Positions 1 through 13,091 of a stretch of DNA of 53,689 bases are shown piece after piece. The position numbers and the translations under genes are program-made. Source of the stretch: Seison nebaliae (taxonomy: Eukaryota); contig JALJEE010001667.1 of the NCBI GenBank assembly GCA_023231475.1, forward strand, positions 1 to 53,689, read 5' to 3'. The notes below the pieces were generated by a model, which did not search any database, was not told the DNA's origin, and was given only the letters and a program-made list of their open reading frames with translations. Position 1 is the stretch's first letter. Every line of letters begins with the position of its first letter.

Positions 1-161
1 ATGAAATATTAAAAATTTTTCAAATTTTTTTGCACTATCTTTAAGAGCTTGAATAGGGCTATTTTGTGATATCCACCTTTACGAAAGATACTTCATAGGA
101 CAGAAGTTATGACCGGTTTTATAAAAACGTAAAAGTGTCCGATTACTTTAAATTCCTACTG
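1..161. mobile_element. Right end of a Tc1/mariner-like non-autonomous element, truncated by the window edge
   Basis: Ends ...gtgtccgattactttaaattcctactg|TA. The reverse complement TA|CAGTAGG...AAAGTAATCGGACAC resembles a Tc1-type terminal repeat with a TA target site. The partner repeat is not in the window. Confidence 0.45.
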
Positions 162-1023
162 TATTTACTAACTATACTCTAGTTCAAGTAGTTTATATAA
201 CGGTGAATAGATACGGTAGTTATACATATATGTATGTATATAACTAAACGGTGAAAGATCATGCGGAAAGAATTATTCATAATACAATGATATAAGAATT
301 CAAAAGAGAATGTTAGACATTATACAGTGTATACTTCTTCGTTGAATATGCTGTCTCATTTATCACTATCGTTAGCAGCTGCGAGAAGTTTGAGAATATT
401 TCCGATATTTATGAAAATCTCAAGAGGATCCAATTGTTATTTAGATGATGAATTCTTATGTCTTAATTGCGGCAGCATATACTTATCACCACAGTTAACC
501 AATAATGGTAATAAATATTTGATGGGAGATAAACTCTTATCAATACATTAGTTCTCCAGAATTGAAACAATTAAACATCAAAGAAACGAGGATAAATTCA
601 AGAGGAGAAGGAGATACAAAGTTTTAAGTTCTAGAAACGGTATATGAGTTATTCTTGGAATTTGAGTATGAAATTTTGAAACATTTCTCAAAGTGCTCCA
701 GGAGCAATGATCAATAAATTTGTTGATTTTTTTTTCAATAAATTCTCGTAATTAATGTTCTTTCGCCTACTACTAAACTAATATAAATATATTTAATGTA
801 TATATTTTCTCAATTCAATTCTTAATAAATAAGCGAACTATAAAAAAAATTTTCTAAAATCACAATTTTCATAATAATGTTACCGTTGATAAATGAATAA
901 GACCAATAGGCAAGAAGATACTATGTGAATAGTTGAATTTTGGGCTATTTCATTGTTGCGTCAGTTCATTTAGTTGCTAACAATATAAATTCCTTCTATT
1001 ACATATTAACATTTGAGCAATAG

Positions 1024-2328
1024 TTTGGGTAACACATCATTTCTGTTTGATGATATGCCAGAATATCCTAAAAAAATAAAAGAGTTAATCAAAAAGTTCC
1101 CACTATTATTCCCCAATAAATACTCATAATAATCGTTCACATATTTCCATTCAGATATGAACGACCGTTTTACCCGCAGATTCAAATGGGACCTAGGATC
1201 CTAAGTAATCGTATTTATCTTTCAATTCCGTTAGAATAATTCTTGATTCCATTCTTTTACTGAATTATTGATCATCTGAATTTTATGTAAAGCGATATCA
1301 ATGATGACTCTGGGTTTGAAGTTAATATTTTCCTCATTAATTATTAAAAAATTTTCTCATAATTAATTCAAATAATACATACTCTGTATTATTTTTATGA
1401 TAATCATTATTTTCTCTATGTTATATAGGTTGTAATCCGAGGACTTAAGGTGACAAGAAAAAGGAACAGTATAATATCACGTCTTGGTTAATGCGAGATT
1501 TTCAGATATTTTCTATAAAAATTTCAACTTTAGATAAAGATTCCAAATTGGTTCCTTATGATCCCATTTTAAAGAATAAGATTGAAGAATCGTCACAGGA
1601 TTTGGCAATTTCTATTCTTCAAGCACAAAAAATCAAATGCATTTGTGCTGACGATGTTAATAAAAAAATTCATTTATATTTGAACATAATCATTAAACCT
1701 AATTTAAATTAGACAAATCAACTAATGGACACAAATATGACAATGGGCAAAAATTGTCGAATTTGTTCTGAACAACAGGAGCTTTTGATGACTACAATTT
1801 TACAAGATAAAAAGTTAGAGATTAATAAAGAAATTAGATATTATTAGTTTTGAAAAGAGTTGATTATTCTTCTTCGATGTGTTATCGAATGGATTCCAAA
1901 GAGACATCAGAAACTGAATTCAATGGAAGTTCAATTCCAATCTATATATCGAAATTTAATGAAGTTTACCATTATAATTTAACTACTACGAAAAAACGTG
2001 TTTGATATAGAGATATGTAGTTCCGATAAATTAAATAATATACGAAAAAATTAAAATTTTCTTGCTCGTAATTTTTTAGATTGATCATTTGGTTTTTGAT
2101 GAAAAGATTCCGATAGGTGAAACTATTTGGAAAGATATATCTGATATTGTTGATACTTTTACCGGTTTAATAGTTGGTATATACTTTCCGTAAATTATAT
2201 AGGAAAATTATAATGTTATTGTTTCAGTATATCAAAATATTACATTATCCAAGAACGTAAAAGAATCTATTTATAATTACAATATTTTACCAAATTCTTG
2301 CGATTTATATCCAGCATGTCTATTCTAG
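1024..2328 (+). CDS. Multi-exon protein of unknown function; 5' end unresolved, possible further exons at 327-721
   Basis: Short exons join into one frame through GTT..AG introns (..PEYPKKIKELIKK|YERPFY..|DINDDSGFE|VVIRG..|DKDSKLV..CICADD|TNQL..|VDYSS..|IDHLV..|YQNIT..ACLF*). No family recognised. Confidence 0.55.
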
Positions 2329-3305
2329 ATATCATGAAAGGAATTTTAGAAAAAATCTGACCCTACAAACTGTACGAAAATCGCATATGACCTTTAAAAA
2401 ATTTTTTTTTGTCAATATTGTGTTATATTTAGTATATATTCTTATTTAATTTGCATCATTTCAAACCACATGAAATTCCAGTTAGGTTTTTTATATAAAG
2501 TAGATATTTCTCCAGATAATTCTCCAGTGACACAATAACGTTCAAATCTTGCAATAGTCAATCGTGAATTGATCACTATTTAATATATTAGATAAAACCT
2601 AAATAGTTAGAAGAACCTACTAAGAAGAAGAAATAAGAGAAGAACCTTAGGTTCTTATTATTTATTAAATTACATATATGTAATTTAATATATCAATTCG
2701 ATATCAATATCTCCTCCTACAACTCAAAAATGATGAGCATTACGATTCCAGTATTTAAAAATGAACTGAAATTAGAATATGTTATTAATTAAAGTTAATT
2801 AAATTAATTAATAGCATTAATGCTATTAACGAGAAAAATGTCCGTAATTACTCTAGTTTATTAAATGAAATGAAATGCGTGAGGGAAGTTTAATCAATAA
2901 ATAAAAAAAATTATCCCGAGAGGATTATTAATTTAAATTTAAAAAAAAAACTAAATTAAAGAATTATAATTTTTCGTTACATAATACGTATTAGTAGTAA
3001 TTAAATACTTAATTACTTTTAGTTTTTATTGTAGCTTTGATTTTCTTGAAGATATATCACGTTTAACAAAACTTAACTATTAATAATTTGTTGATTTTGA
3101 ATTGTATGGTTTTCTTTTCTAATAACAAACAATTTTTATTCGATTTTCGCAAAACCGATTATATACAGGCCTGTATATAATATATATATTAGAATTGGGA
3201 GTTGAAAATGAATTATATTTTTTCAAATTTGCTTCTTTTTAATTTCTATTTTTACTTTTTTCAATAATTTCATTATCATAAGAAAATAATTAAAAATTAA
3301 TTGGA

Positions 3306-4174
3306 ATGGTTAATAAGACAATAATATTAAGTATTTGTCAATTGCATATAATTTATGCATTCAATTTTTATGTCTTGAATACCTTCTTATGTCGTATAGT
3401 TATGGGGGTAGAAAACTTCCAATCAAATCTTTTTATATCTTGTGATAGAGAATTACACAGTAAACCACTAAAGAAATGGATGTCTATCCCACAAATACCT
3501 AAAAGTTAGTCTAGGAGGTATTTTTTAAGAAAATCGTTATAAACATTTTTTGACGATAAAAGTATATACTTTAACGTCAAAATTCTAATGACCATATACG
3601 ATGATGAATATTTATCGATATAATCAAATAAACATTATTTTAGACGAAATTGTACGATTCTCCATCTTTCCAACTAATAAGACGATTGGATTGCGCCCTT
3701 ATGGAGTTTATAATTTCATAATTGAATTAATGAGTTATATTTACACATGCAAATAGCATAAATGTAGATTAGCTAAAAAAAAAAAGATTCGTGTTGAAAG
3801 GGTGGATAAACCACATCCTGTGATTTATGAAAAGTAACAATTTCTTCTTTACATACTGAAAAGCAACTTTAAACTTAACCTATCATGTAAAGGTGCGATC
3901 AAAAAACTTTCAAACGGGGCTATGGATTGACTAACAGCCAATGCTATGTTTAGTTCCATTTTACATGATGTGAAAATAACTAATTTTTTAGTATTTCGCA
4001 AATGAAGAACAGTGTTTCAAAATAATTGTCGGGGAACCACCTCCTACAACTAGTGAACCTCCAACTACTGAGTCCTCAACTACAACCATGACAACGACAA
4101 AATCTTCAATTTTTGATATTCATCCGTTAGTATTAACCACTATAGTTTTGATGATTGAAACTTATAATGACTAA
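3306..4174 (+). CDS. Cys-containing surface protein with short Thr/Ser/Pro stalk and hydrophobic C-terminus (paralog A); start uncertain
   Basis: Spliced frame ..CDRELH..PQIPK|NEIVRF..PYG|HKC..YEK|CDQK..QCY|YFANEEQCF..PPPTTSEPPTTESSTTT..LVLTTIVLMI. Same exon phases and Cys positions as the gene at 4802. Confidence 0.55.
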
Positions 4175-4801
4175 CAAATGTAACTAATGCTAGTCATTGT
4201 AAGTTTAGTAATTATTTGAAGTTGACTAACAAATTGTAAGTTTTTTAATTTTTCTCGTTTTCTAAACGATCGATTTTCATTAATTTTTACTCGTCGAAAT
4301 TTTCAGAGCAATATATGCAATATCTTGACATGCAAAATTTTAATATAATCTAATCAAAATAATCATTTCGCTTCCAAGAAGGATTTACTAGGAGAGTGAT
4401 AGTGTGACTAGTAATTATAATCGATACGGAGAAGTTTAACAGATAGTTTATTAAAGCGTAAAAGAATAGAAAGATAGAAGAGTATTTGACTTTGTAAAAG
4501 GATAAATTAAATTATAGGTTTTATATTTAATTATGAGATGAGGTAGTTAGAAAAGGAATTATATTTGGAACGAAGAGACAAATAATGTCATTCTGTGGTT
4601 TTTTTACATTAGAAGATCTCATTAACGCAGAGGAATATGAAAATTGGTTTTTTCTATTTCTTGTTATCAATTTGACATCCATGATATAGGATATAAATAT
4701 ATAAAAGCTCATAATTATGAGTTTGATGTATGAGTTTATCTTTATGTAAAATTTTGAACAGTAATTCTTATATTTATTGTTTCTTACTCAATTAATCACA
4801 G

Positions 4802-5865
4802 GGATTTTCAAGCAGAAAATAAGAGACTTTGTAAAAAGTTTTCGAAGAACTTAAAACCTAAGACCAAAATGATTTGTCCTGAATTAGGTAGAAAATTGAT
4901 GACTATGGATGTAGTGTTCCCGGAAATACCTAAAGGTTAATTTAGAAAATCCACTATTATCCATTATTATCATACTATTCCACTATTTATTTTAGACAAA
5001 CGGATAAGGTTCTTTGCTTTAAACAAAACTTACCTCGGAGAGGCATATTATGAAGTTCAATAATATTTGATGCATCTAATGTATTAAGTGAATAACATTA
5101 AACAGGATAAATGCGGTTTAGGAGCAATCGAATTTTATTTTAAAATTAAGGGATTACCGTTAACATATGAAATGTTCGTGGATTTTACGTTCCTTATTAA
5201 AACGTTTCATTCAAAGGTGTGACTTATCGATGAACTTAGGGAGGGATAATACTCAATGCTTTGTTTAATTCATTTATAACCGGTTAAAAATAAAAAATTT
5301 TAAGATTTTCAGGTCACCAGAAGAGTGTTTTAACTTAAAATATCGAACATCTACTACCACAACAACAACTACTATCACAACAACAACTACGACGATAATC
5401 ACAACTACAACGACAACTACAACGTTAATCACAACTACAACGGTACCAACAACTACGACGATACCAACAACGACAACTACAACTACAACAACTACGACTA
5501 CAACAACTACGACTACAACCACCACAACCACAACAACTACCACCACAACAACTACCACCACAACAACTACCACCACAACAACTACAACAACTACCACCAC
5601 AACAACTACAACGACTACGACCACCACGACTACAACGACTACGACCACCACGACTACAACGACTACGACCACCACGACTACAACAACTACGACGACTACG
5701 ACTACAACAACTACGACCACCACGACTACAACAACTACGACCACTACGACTACAACAACAACAATGACAACAACATTAACATTGGAATATAGCAGTTACG
5801 TTAATTTATTTTCGAAAGCTTGGACTCTCATATTGGCGTTATTTGATAAATCGCAAACTTCCTAA
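4802..5865 (+). CDS. Mucin-like protein: Cys domain plus ~140-residue poly-Thr stalk (paralog B); both ends uncertain
   Basis: Spliced frame ..CPELG..PEIPK|DKRIRF..YYE|DKC..YEM|CDL..QCF|IFRSPEECF then an ACN codon run. The poly-Val ORF in the track is its antisense shadow. Confidence 0.6.
5348..5775 (+). repeat. (ACN)n poly-Thr codon repeat with higher-order subunits
   Basis: Uninterrupted aca/act/acc/acg codons with recurring units such as actaccaccacaaca and acgactacgaccaccacgactaca. Confidence 0.95.
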
Positions 5866-6139
5866 TTTGCGATTGCTGATTGTTCAGAAGCCATCATTCT
5901 CTCTCCAATATATTATGTAAACATTCCACTTTATCTTTCTTCTTTCCTAATCAATATCGATGAAAGGAACTTGTTGAGAATCACTCAAGCATGTTCTGAC
6001 ACCTTAGATTGGTCTTTTTAATTGTTGTTTCCAAATTGAAAATTCAACCACAAATTTGAATTAGTGCAAGTAATTTTCAATTTCTGTTACTCATTTTAAA
6101 GGACTATTAATTAGAATGAAAAATTTTAGTGAAATTCTA

Positions 6140-7069
6140 GTCCAAACAAATTATTTTTATCATTTGTCAGAGGATTAAAACTCGATACGGTTAATAACCG
6201 CATCGCCATATCCATTTTTCCTTTATATCCATATCCTGCCATAATTGTGAGATTATACGATATCTTATGAGAAATACCTAATAAACTTTTTATGTTCAAT
6301 TTCAGAAAGGAAATTGTCGGTTAAAAAACTAATAAAATTTATTGCAACTTATTCAAAAGTATCTCAATCTATAATTAATCATATGGCAAGTCCGTCTACT
6401 CTACTTGAGGACAAATTGGATATATGCAAAACAAAATTAAAATTTGGAGTTCACATATTTCTTTTAGAATTATTATCTAATTAAATGGTTTTGATAGAAC
6501 TACACAGACCAAAATAATATGGAGTGGAGAGTAGATCAAGTGAAATTTACTAACGCTACAGCGACCAAATTTGGAATTGAATGTGCCACCGAAATAATTG
6601 CTTTAACAAAGGTTCCTCTCGAAATTTAGATGTTATTTATAATAATTTTTAATCTAATAGGTTCAAAAACTAAATTATGGAAGAGCGTTGCGTTTTCCTT
6701 CATCTTTTAATGGATTTGATAAATATATCGGTATTCGGAAAGCGAAACAAGGTGCTCATCTTTACTTTCAAGATCCCTAACATAACATCTTTAATAGAAA
6801 TTATTGTTGGAAAAAAGAAAAAAAAAATCAATACTAAATTTATCGTCGTAATTTCCATCGTTTTGGTAGTTATACTCTTCATGCTTTACATTGTCCTGTT
6901 AGGCACTTTATTGCCGAAAATATATCTCCTAATCCATTTTAGGATAAAATGTCGAAAAGGAAAACCTAAAAAAAAAAAGAAGAAAAAGCTATTGGATAAT
7001 AAAAAAGCGCTAATTGTTGTAGATAAGTCGAAGAATCAAAAAAAAACGGAAGAATCAACAACAGTTTAG
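6140..7069 (+). CDS. C-terminal exons of a single-pass membrane protein with Lys-rich cytoplasmic tail
   Basis: Exons join in frame (..KLKFG|NYTDQ..ALTK|VQKL..KQ|EIIVG..FIVVISIVLVVILFMLYIVL|IKCRKGKPKKKKKKK..). Clear TM helix followed by a basic stretch. May be the 3' half of the mucin gene at 4802. Confidence 0.55.
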
Positions 7070-7241
7070 AATTAAATTCGTAATGTTAACAAATACAATA
7101 CTAAGATAGGAAAAATCAGATGTTTCAAAAACAGGACAGTTAGTAAAATGAACAATTTTCCCGGATAATTTAGTAGTTATAAATATTTGGTTAAATATTA
7201 ATCCTGAATTCGTTTCATGTTTCCTTGTTAATGATTAACTA

Positions 7242-7716
7242 ATGCAATCAAAAAAAATTTCATCGTACTAAACAATGCTCCAAATTTCTTACTTCTACAT
7301 TCTAAACCAACAGATCGGAAGAGAAGAATAGCGACGAGAATGGAAGTAAAGAAAGTGTAAAATCTAAGGATGAAATACAGGATGAGATACAGGATGAGGT
7401 ACAGGATGAGGTGCAGGATGAGGTACAGGAAGAGGTACAGGAAGAGGTACAGGATGAGGTACAAAAGAAGGTACAAAAGAAGGTACAAAAGAAGGCACAA
7501 AATGAGATGCTATTAAATTACCAGCGTTTATACGGTAAAAGGATACCGAAATTTATGCTTGCCAGATACCTTCGTACTAAGGCTAAACAATTAGCTGATA
7601 AGATAAAAGTGTTAAATGAAAAAATCAAAAATAAAATAATTGAGACAATAGAAGGTGAAGAAGACGCGAACGATCCGGCATCAGCCATTAAAGAGGCAGA
7701 CCTGGAGGCCAACTGA
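7242..7716 (+). CDS. Small charged protein with tetrapeptide repeats
   Basis: ATG 7242, intron 7266-7313, then open frame SEEKNSDE..(DEVQ)n(KKVQ)n..DLEAN*. AATAAA signals follow the stop. Confidence 0.55.
7369..7500 (+). repeat. 11 copies of a 12-bp coding tandem repeat
   Basis: gatgaggtacag / gaagaggtacag / aagaaggtacaa variants. Confidence 0.9.
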
Positions 7717-8482
7717 TAATCGATTTGTTTCAGTTAATAAAGGTTTTTACAAAAAGTTTAAATAAAAGTATTTATTACTTGAAAATTTTAAGTCTTGATC
7801 CCTAAAAAACTTCATAATCTTCCATTACGACATATACTTTTTTCCTCGTCTTATCACTTTATAAGGAAATGAAACCATCTTTCTACCATAGAAACAATGT
7901 CAACTGTCGACGCTATTGTGGTCTTAGGCAACATATTGTCGAAGTACTTTCACTGTTTTTTCTGATCGTGGATGGCGTTCTCCAACAGACTTAAACGAGG
8001 GTAAAATCATCGATGTAGGAAATCCGTTTCTTCGGAACTTGACACAAATCGTTTTGTGCATAACCTAGAAAGTGCTATGTATCATCGTTTACTCATACAT
8101 CTCCCACAACGAAGAATATTAATGTATAACGTATTAATCCTGATGCTTAACTTTCTTTCCAGAAGTCAAAAGTCCGATTTTACCTTTTTCCCGATTACTT
8201 TAGGATGAACAAATGAAGGAAGAATAATTTAGACGACATTTTTTTAATTGAATAAAATTTTACGAAATATTAAAAGTAAACTTTACACATATCAATAAAT
8301 GATATGAAGTGCTGAATGGGAATGAAATAGGAAAATAATGAAGAAAATTCGAAATGTGAACGTCTAATGTTTCTTCATATTCGTCTATTGTACTTTTAAT
8401 ATTTTATGAGAAAATACATCGATGATACTTCTATTTACAAATCATAAGTTCAGAATAAAATAAATTAATATCACAATTCACA

Positions 8483-11279
8483 ATGGTTAATTCTTCTTTT
8501 TTCATTTTCCTTAACTTTCAAATATAATAAAATAGACAAAGAGATCATTAACACCAAACGACCAAAATAATATATATCAAAAGAAACTTTTCGTTAGAAT
8601 TTGTCTTCTTCTAATTTTTAAAATCTTCGTTTCATTTCGGATACACAGGAAGGATTAGATGAAGGAATTGGGAAGAAAAAGAAAAATTATGGAAATGATT
8701 TGGGTTTTATCCATAGTGAAAATCGAACAGGTCTCGGTACAACAACAACGAAAGATCATTTAGAAAAACAACCATTGACCGAGTGGAAAGAGGAAGATGA
8801 ACCGGTTAATTTTTCACCAATTCATTTTTCTATCAAAATATCAATTATTTGTCATTAGTTACAATTCGACAAACAGATACAATGGTATCGCAGTGAAGAC
8901 ATTGAGGAAGAAAAGTTTTTAGATTTTAAAAAAGAATTAGAAAATGCAAATGGAAAATTGATGGAAGAGAATTTGTTTAGAGAAGGAAAAGTTTATTCTT
9001 AATTCTTCATTTCACATTTCAAATTGATATTAAGCCAATTACAAGATTGGAAGAAGAGCCCATCAATTGCGATAAGAATTTGTTAATCGATTTACTCAAA
9101 TATAAAGTTTGGATTTTGAGAGTTTTCCGAAACATAAATAATTCTCCAGACGATGTTAGATCCGATTGATAAGAAAAAATGTTTCGAAGCAAGACGTCGA
9201 ACGAATGTCTATGAAGATTTGGGAAAGAGTATTTTTATGAACAGAGCAGCATTGAAGATGTTCGAATTGGATTTGAAATGTTCCCATAATTTAACTCATT
9301 CAAATTTGGAAGAAAATGAAAATAAATTGAAACCATTCTATTTCGCTGACTTTTGTGCGGGGCCTGGTGGATTCTCCGAGTACGTTCTTCATCGTCGTTC
9401 TAATTCCAATTCTAACCACAATTGGTTGACGAAGGGTTTCGGATTTACGCTGAAGTTTCCGTCGTATAATGATTTCCGATTGGAAAAGTTCAGAGCTGCT
9501 AGTACCGAATCATTCGAATGTTTTTATGGTTTATTTACCGTTTATAATTTTCGCTTTTCACTTTATTCTTTCATAAATTAATAGGAGAAGACAATAGTGG
9601 AAATATATTTTTGGAGAAGAATCGAGAATCATTTATTAAATTCGTCGAAAGATATTCAGAGAAGAATTACTGTCAATTATGTATGGCCGACGGAGGATTT
9701 GATGTCTCCGGCTTTGAGAATATTCAGGAAATTATGTCGAAGGAATTGTACACATGCGAAATGTATTTAGCGTTGTCGTTGTTGGCTGATGGTTTCCATT
9801 TTTTTATATGATTTTATGATTTTTTTCATATAATATCATTTTTGTTTCAGAGGGAAATTTCGTTTGCAAATTTTTCGATGTCGTTACAAAATATTCGAAT
9901 TCTTTAATTTTTCTTATGTCACTTTGTTTCGAATCGATCTGTTTATTCAAACCGATAACTAGTCGTCCTGCTAATACGGAAAGATTCTTCATTGGTAGAA
10001 AATATAAAAGAAATTCGAAATTGACACAGAATATCAAAATATATTTGGGAGATGTCTGCAACAAAATTGAACGCGAATATTGTTCGATACGTTTCAAAGA
10101 TGATTTATGTGAAAAGAAGGACATGTCTCACATTCGAGTGATAAACGAATTAATTAAATTTGAATGTTTCCCATCCGCTTTCAACGATTACATGAGAAAA
10201 CATAATGATGAAAGTAATAAATTCACGATTTTGAGTTTAAACAAATTTTTGTTTGGAATAAAAGATACGAATTTTATCGATAAACGCAAATATGAAATGA
10301 GAGATATGGCTATGAAGAAATGGAATATGATTTTAGATAATTCTGAGATTGCCAAAATTCAGAAGAATATTGGAGAAAATCTTACGAATCAAATGAATCT
10401 AGTCAAACTCACAACAATTCCAATATTTAGAGAAATTGAAATATTTTTCGAAAAATTATTGAAGACCAATTGCAAATTGTTCCAAAATAGGAAACCTGAA
10501 AATTTCAATAAGAATGATTTCTTTTATTATCCAGTTTACGATGGAGATTATCGTTTATTGATTAAGTTGGGAGATCAAAAAATTATGGAAAAGACGTTGA
10601 ATAAAAAGTCATGTTGGAGGGAGTTTGTGAATGATTATAACAAAATTGAACTACCCAGGAACAGTTTAATTCTGACAAAAAAAACTCTCATCACTGTGAC
10701 ACATAAATTAAAGAAACGTTCTGGTGTTCAGCAGCCGAATGTTCGTTGTCGACGAGTTTATTTCATCCTTGATATTTTCGTCCTTGGAGGAATTAATTTT
10801 TATGAAATTTACAATCAATTCGAAAGGTTTTGTTTAATTTATTTTGTTTCTAATTATGTCTTCAAAACTTTAGATCAAAAGCACAAAAAATGTTATTGAA
10901 TTGTTTGAATAAACCATCGAAATTTCGTAAAAAACGTATCCCAGACAACTTTGAAACAATTGGAATACTACCTGAATTTTCAAAATTTAATCATAAAAAT
11001 ATCACATCGAAAGAAATCGATCCCAGAAATATTCCTATGTTAGCGAATTATTCAGATATGGAAGATTGTTCAGATATTACATGTGAGAAGAAAGTGACAG
11101 AAATTCGTGCAATGCCAAAAGGTTTTTTTGAGAATTTGTTTCACAAATTTATTTCCTTCTAATCCTCATTAGATTCAGATGTTATCTCTTCATCAAGCGA
11201 AAGAACAGATTTCGATATAAAGACTAAGATGGAATACGTCTATTCAAATTCATTAATTTTACCTCTGGAGGAAAAGTAA
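8483..11279 (+). CDS. CMTR1: Cap-specific mRNA (nucleoside-2'-O)-methyltransferase 1, 10 exons
   Basis: RrmJ/FtsJ motifs FMNRAALKM, YFADFCAGPGGFSEY, MADGGF, GNFVCK, KPITSRPANTERF; degenerate N-terminal G-patch (..ENRTGLG). Nine GTT..AG introns restore one frame; the first exon codes only ATG. Confidence 0.92.
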
Positions 11280-11559
11280 AATAGTCTTCATATCATTTCG
11301 GTTCCGTAAATTAGAATCGATTTAAATGAAAGATAAATTTTTGTTTTGGTTCTTTAGTTATCATTTCTCTTATGTTTTGAAGAGTCGTTTCATTCTTAAT
11401 TGTTTTTCGTGAAACGAAATAAAATATTTGTTTTATCATTTTACGATCAATTAAACGAGTAACTTCTTGTTAGATATAGCAAGTTTTTCTAGAATTTTCA
11501 GTCTAATCTTTTTTATTTTTGGAATGATTATTCCAAATTAATGCAGACACATTGATGAA

Positions 11560-11731
11560 TTCTTATCATATATACAACATACATTACCATGTCATGATCT
11601 ACTCGAAGTTAGGAATCTGTTCCCGCCATAGGATTTATGATTTCAATTTTGACAGTAGTGAATGTGCTATAGTCGAAAAGTCGTTCTCGACATTTGGACT
11701 CGATTCTTATATGTTGTATATATGATAAGGA
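11560..11731. mobile_element. MITE-like element with ~22-bp terminal inverted repeats
   Basis: ttcttatcatatatacaacata (11560) versus tatgttgtatatatgataagga (ends 11731), one mismatch. Imperfect symmetry extends ~14 bp further out. Confidence 0.55.
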
Positions 11732-11832
11732 GCCATAAACGTGTTATGAGCTGAAGAAAATTTGACTATCATTAATTTCTGTTTAGTCAGGAATGTTTAC
11801 TATTAAAATAAAGAAAATACTAAATGAGAAAT

Positions 11833-11904
11833 GCGTCAGTGGTGTAAAGGTTAGCATGGTTGCCTTCCAAGCAATTGATCCGGGTTCGATTCCCGGCTGA
11901 CGCA
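11833..11904 (+). tRNA. tRNA-Gly (anticodon TCC)
   Basis: Acceptor stem GCGTCAG/CTGACGC, anticodon arm GTTGC-CTTCCAA-GCAAT, T-arm CCGGG-TTCGATT-CCCGG, downstream T-run Pol III terminator. Confidence 0.97.
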
Positions 11905-12184
11905 AATAATTTTTTTTCAACTAGACAAATGAATAGTCCGTTATGAAGTCCGTTAAACACTACTAAGAAGAACATTTGCTTGATATTAGTACCAATTATA
12001 TTTGTCGTAACGTAACCGATAAAGTGAAAGGAGCGACGAGTCGAAGGCGACTATAAAGTTCCGTTATATATCAGGTATGGTGGCATTAGTGATTACTAGA
12101 CAGTCAATATCTTTCCGAAAATATCTATCAAGAGTCATTCGTTTAAGAAAACTATATTTGGAGTTAAGTAATAAATTGAAATAA

Positions 12185-12630
12185 ATGGGAAGTTCGATTA
12201 AAACGGTTTGTATCTTTTTCGTCATTTTTCTCACAAATGTGGAAGGAGAATTAGGTTAACATCTACTTTAAATTTGAGATTAATCTGATAAAATTTGATG
12301 TTGTTAGATAACTCCTTATCCAATTTATTTCAAGCACTCGCTGCTAATCAGTTAATGGAATCATATGACAAACGTGCTGTGAAATCGAATCGATTGAATT
12401 CGAAGATAAAATTTTATGAGCAACAAGCAGATTTGCTTACGAAATTGTTAAATGGTGAAGATGTATCTGATGATGAGAAGTTATTGTTAAGTTTCTTCAT
12501 TTTTCTTTTATTTCCATTCTTTTCAAGAGGAATGATGCATGAAGATAATATAAACGCCGAATTCTTGGAAATGGTAAAAAATAAAATTGAGAAACTAAAA
12601 TCGAGAAAAGGACGTCGTCGTCGTCATTGA
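12185..12630 (+). CDS. Secreted prepropeptide-like protein
   Basis: Signal-peptide exon MGSSIKTVCIFFVIFLTNVEG; introns 12255-12307 and probably 12486-12527; internal KR site; C-terminal G-RRRR. Confidence 0.65.
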
Positions 12631-13091
12631 AATCGACACAGAGCTGGTCAATAAAGAAGATGATGATTAATTGTCATAAAGAACAATTATCTTTAAGTAA
12701 TTTTCATATATGGAAGAGAAGCAAAACGACTATAATAATAAGAATAATAAATTTCTGATTGAATGTTTCTCTTAAATTGAACGAGTAAAAAGAAAATCTA
12801 TTATTGACTTATTGTTCCTTTACATCATTCTATATTGTCCATGATCAGTTATATAAGAACTGATGTAATCGTTAACAAAAGTGTATCAACTTGAAATATC
12901 ATTAGAATTGAATATCGACCGATTTCATTCCACTCAACATATACGACACTTACAAGAACTAATAAATTATTAATTTCCTTCCCACTCTTGTTGTTAGTGT
13001 TCGAGGGAATATAAAAAGAGTATAATGGAATTGTCTTTTACATAGAACGTTTATTCCTTCTTTATTTTCATCTAGTTAAGAATCATCAATA

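Noticed and set aside
5274..5744. Poly-Val ORF on the minus strand
   Set aside because: Antisense shadow of the poly-Thr repeat.
7228..7500. (LYLL)n ORF on the minus strand
   Set aside because: Antisense reading of the 12-bp repeat.
7820..8400. Possible small minus-strand gene divergent from CMTR1
   Set aside because: Two or three exons can be joined, but I found no consistent start and no family similarity.
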